Shown: positions 22,748 to 25,457 of the stretch, one piece after another
How positions within the stretch are numbered: the stretch's first letter is position 1
Layout: every line of letters begins with the position of its first letter
DNA from: a virus
Taxonomy: Duplodnaviria; Caudoviricetes
Length of the DNA stretch: 25,457 nt
IMG/VR virus record: IMGVR_UViG_3300011336_000340
Span: 1-25,457 of that record
Direction: 5' to 3' (one strand)
Notes under the pieces: generated by a model
Seen by the model: only the letters and a program-made list of their open reading frames with translations
Databases searched by the model: none
Told to the model about the DNA's origin: nothing
Translations under genes and position numbers: made by a program

Positions 22748-23422
22748 ATGGAAACAATTATCGTAAGCCCAATATCAAATAAAGAAGCCGAGCCTTGGCT
22801 ACTCGTTCGACATTACGCAAAAAGGAAATGCCCGATATCTTACGCTTTCGGCGCATTCACAAACAATGAACTAATTGGAATAGTTACATTCGGAACTCCA
22901 GCAAGCTCAACCCTCAGACAGGGCATCGCTGGGAAAGAATGGATGGAGTCAGTCTTAGAATTGAATCGGCTTTGCTGTGTAAGTGAAAAAAACACAGCAA
23001 GCACATTAGTCGGTAGAGCGTTAAGGCTTTTGCCAAAACCTTCAATAATTGTAAGCTATGCCGATACAGCACAAGGCCACGTCGGATATGTTTATCAGGC
23101 CACAAATTTCATTTATACTGGCCTTAGCGCAAAAAGGACAGACTGGAAGATTAAAGGCAAAGAACATTTGCATGGAGCAACCATTGCAGATGAAAGCCGT
23201 GGTAAGATAGATCGTGCAAAGTGGATGAGAGAAAAATATGGCGATGACTTTTATTTGGAACAAAGATCAAGAAAGCACAGATACATTTATTTATGTGGCA
23301 ATTTAAAGCAACGCTCAAAAATGAAATCTGACTTACGTTATTTTCAAGAACCATATCCAAAGGGAGACACTAAGAGATATGACGCATCTGGAGAAATCCA
23401 AACGCAATCAATTTTATTGTGA
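22748..23422 (+). CDS. mom: Mom-like (GNAT-fold) DNA adenine modification protein
   Basis: RHY, GIVTFG.PAS, LELNRL and IVSYADTAQGHVGYVYQATNFIYTG, the signature of the Mu Mom family. Confidence 0.8.
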   Translation: METIIVSPISNKEAEPWLLVRHYAKRKCPISYAFGAFTNNELIGIVTFGTPASSTLRQGIAGKEWMESVLELNRLCCVSEKNTASTLVGRALRLLPKPSIIVSYADTAQGHVGYVYQATNFIYTGLSAKRTDWKIKGKEHLHGATIADESRGKIDRAKWMREKYGDDFYLEQRSRKHRYIYLCGNLKQRSKMKSDLRYFQEPYPKGDTKRYDASGEIQTQSILL

Positions 23423-23585
23423 ACACATAACACTTTTATAGGCGTTGATACGTTGAAGATGGATGCCTATAAAAAAGCCACTGTTTTTCTTGGTGGGAGC
23501 GGTTGGAGAAAAGCGCCCTTTATTCAGAGCCAAAAAACAAGATTTAATTTGCAATACAAAAAAGATATGGCACAAAAAGTATTCG

Positions 23586-24026
23586 ATGCACGACCAAGCG
23601 CGAGACGCAGCGGAATACGACGAAGCGAGTTACATGCCGGACTTCTACAGCTTCGACGATCCAACGGCAGGCCACGCCTTTCGCATGACAGCGTATCGAG
23701 AAGCCAGCGAGAAACTCCTGGTTGTTCTAAACAAAACGATCTCATTCATGGCAGAGCACGGCTACTCTCGAAGCAAGACGCTTTGGGCCGTTGCATTCGC
23801 TCTTGGTCATCCGCTCACAGCGGGCATGAGTATGCTGGAAGCGGGAAGGGAGCTGGGCTGCACAAAGCAGGCCATCAGCAAGATCGCAATGGACTTTCTC
23901 GACACTACCGGCCTACCGCCTAGCACTTCACTCAAGAGCGAAGAAGCTCGAAATACATACCGCAAAACAAATACAAATAAATATGGAACCAAACGAAATC
24001 ACGGCACTAACACTGCCGGTAATTGA
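23586..24026 (+). CDS. HTH-containing putative transcriptional regulator
   Basis: Likely start ATG 23586 (MHDQARD...). GMSMLEAGRELGCTKQAISK is a sigma-region-4-like HTH. Confidence 0.6.
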   Translation: MHDQARDAAEYDEASYMPDFYSFDDPTAGHAFRMTAYREASEKLLVVLNKTISFMAEHGYSRSKTLWAVAFALGHPLTAGMSMLEAGRELGCTKQAISKIAMDFLDTTGLPPSTSLKSEEARNTYRKTNTNKYGTKRNHGTNTAGN

Positions 24027-24516
24027 AACAGAGATACGCACCGCTTACGCTGAGGCTAACGCATTAGCATTAACAGCCAAGGGCAACGCACGCGCAGCGG
24101 TGCTGCGCATGGCAGACTGCGGTCAAATGCTAATGGTCGCCAAGGATCACGTGCGCGGTAACCGCAACGAGTGGCTCGCATCGCTAGGCATCGATCCAGA
24201 CAAGGCATCTAAGGCCATTCACCTAGCACGCAACCGAGATCAACTAGAGCTAGACCTATGGCCAGCGGATATGGCCAAGCTCGGAGCACAGATGCTCGGC
24301 ATCCTGCCGCCTCCAGGATCAGCGGGCCGTGAAGAGAACGATCCCGAACGCACCACGGGCGCATCGACTCATTGGTTGACCTATGCGGGGAAACTGCAAC
24401 GCTCGTTCACGGACTTGTTCACGCGCAAGCCAGTCGAGCAATGGAGAGCGGATGAGCGCGAGTCTTTAAGAGTTGCAATTAAGCCAATCGTGGACATTTA
24501 CAACAAATTAAATTGA
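23983..24516 (+). CDS. Hypothetical helical protein (DUF3102-like)
   Basis: EIRTAY...CGQMLMVAK...G....WL........A...I.LA pattern. Confidence 0.55.
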   Translation: MEPNEITALTLPVIETEIRTAYAEANALALTAKGNARAAVLRMADCGQMLMVAKDHVRGNRNEWLASLGIDPDKASKAIHLARNRDQLELDLWPADMAKLGAQMLGILPPPGSAGREENDPERTTGASTHWLTYAGKLQRSFTDLFTRKPVEQWRADERESLRVAIKPIVDIYNKLN

Positions 24517-24542
24517 CAATCCTAGCAGATAGGATATATGTT
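24513..24542 (+). promoter_or_regulatory. Sigma70-like promoter with palindromic operator in the spacer
   Basis: TTGACA (24513-24518), ATCCTA-gcaga-TAGGAT (24519-24535), TATGTT (24537-24542). Confidence 0.5.
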
Positions 24543-25389
24543 TAATGAAATGCCCACACTGCAATCATCAAATCAATATCGGGAAAATCCTTGGTTCTTT
24601 GAAGTCGAAGAAGAAAGCCGAGTCATCAAAGATCAACGGAATGAAGGGGGGAAGGCCAAAGGCTACAACCCTACAAAATTTCAAAAGCAATGTATCCGAT
24701 GCTCAACCCAATTCTCATGTGGAAGCAAACAGCAAAAGTATTGCTGCCATGAATGCTATGCACAATCAAGGAATACATTAGGGTCAATGGTTCAATGTAT
24801 GTCTTGCCTACAATCTTTGGGGTATGGGATAAAGACTATAGGAAAGGTTATGGCAATGAGTCACGTTTCTGTTAGGATCAAAATGATTAGAAGCGGTGTT
24901 TACAATCCTAGAGGATCAAATAAATCCGCAGGAAACAGAGAGCTTCTTTCTTCTAGGGTAAACGCATTAGATTTAATTAGCAGGGATTCTCGGGCTGACA
25001 GAAGGATTAACAGAAGCACTGCAAAGATAAAAAGGGATATTCCACTCACTCCAATACAAAAAACTAGGTATCTAATGCGGAGTCATGTTAAGAGAGTCAT
25101 TGAACATATTAAAATAAAGAGAGAGATGAGGACAGAGGATTATATTGGATGTTCATTTAATGACGCAATGATTAGATTGGAATCTCAGTTTAAGAACGGA
25201 ATGAAATGGGATAATCATGGAACAAAGTGGACGATTGATCATATTGTCCCATTGTCTGCATTTGATCTAACAAATCCTAATGACAGGAGAATGGCAAATC
25301 ACATATCCAACCTTAGACCAATGCTTCGTCTCGACAATATAAGAAAAGGATCAAAGGAGCCTGCAAGTCATCAGTTTGATTTAATATAA
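24538..25389 (+). CDS. HNH (homing-like) endonuclease with N-terminal zinc finger
   Basis: CIRC...KYCCHEC zinc finger; IGCS...LESQF..GMKWDNHG.KWTIDHIVPLSAFD...NHISNLRPM...NIRKGSK. Start codon uncertain. Confidence 0.8.
   Translation: MFNEMPTLQSSNQYRENPWFFEVEEESRVIKDQRNEGGKAKGYNPTKFQKQCIRCSTQFSCGSKQQKYCCHECYAQSRNTLGSMVQCMSCLQSLGYGIKTIGKVMAMSHVSVRIKMIRSGVYNPRGSNKSAGNRELLSSRVNALDLISRDSRADRRINRSTAKIKRDIPLTPIQKTRYLMRSHVKRVIEHIKIKREMRTEDYIGCSFNDAMIRLESQFKNGMKWDNHGTKWTIDHIVPLSAFDLTNPNDRRMANHISNLRPMLRLDNIRKGSKEPASHQFDLI
24545..24781 (+). CDS. Small basic protein (CxxC + KGGRPK), probably the true N-terminus of the HNH gene
   Basis: MKCPHCNHQINIGKILGSLKSKKKAESSKINGMKGGRPK looks protein-like, unlike the overlapping first 40 codons of the 283-aa ORF. 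Confidence 0.5.
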   Translation: MKCPHCNHQINIGKILGSLKSKKKAESSKINGMKGGRPKATTLQNFKSNVSDAQPNSHVEANSKSIAAMNAMHNQGIH

Positions 25390-25457
25390 TGTTTAAGAAC
25401 TTTTGTAAAAAATTAGGAGGCTCCCGTAAGTTATTGATCCATACGGGTCAATGAACT

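Larger units (their letters stand above)
1..25457 (+). mobile_element. Tailed dsDNA phage/prophage genome segment (siphovirus-like: tail, lysis, recombination/replication modules)
   Basis: Tape measure, frameshifting chaperone, endolysin, Sak4/SSB/DnaB and HNH genes are densely packed on one strand with ATGA/TAATG overlaps. No host housekeeping genes and no sheath gene are seen. Confidence 0.95.

Noticed and set aside
23453-23923. 156-aa alternative-frame ORF
   Set aside because: It overlaps the HTH-containing ORF in another frame and has no recognisable features.
25390-25457. Possible cos/pac site or terminase leader (CCCGTA...TACGGG inverted repeat at 25423-25447)
   Set aside because: Plausible by position after an HNH gene, but the window ends before any terminase gene, so it cannot be supported.
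1-25457. Alternative genetic code, tRNA genes, integrase/att sites
   Set aside because: Genes are intact in code 11 with all three stops used as terminators. No tRNA cloverleaf or integrase was recognised.

Overview
This 25.5-kb window is a segment of a tailed dsDNA phage (or prophage) genome, probably a siphovirus, with every credible gene on the + strand. In order it carries: an ERDEARE-repeat ORF fragment; two glycosyltransferase-like genes (DUF5672-like, GT9-like); a virion module (head-tail joining protein, 832-aa mosaic fibre, tail terminator, small tail tube, tail assembly chaperone with a -1 frameshift, tape measure, tail-tip proteins); a lysis cassette (two holin-like ORFs, a lipoprotein, an M15 endolysin); a metallophosphoesterase; and a recombination/replication module (RuvC-like, Sak4-like AAA, PD-(D/E)XK nuclease, SSB, initiator fragment plus putative origin, DnaB helicase, Mom-like DNA-modifying enzyme), ending in an HNH endonuclease. 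The most unusual part is 18993-20957. There a sigma70-like promoter is followed by a structured leader RNA with alternative pairings and a 31-aa leader ORF. Next comes an uncharacterised 288-aa protein that can be fused to an overlapping HNH nuclease by a -1 slip at A_AAA_AAG followed by a hairpin, and then a ParB-like/DUF4326 fusion. All family calls come from motif recognition by eye; no searches were run.
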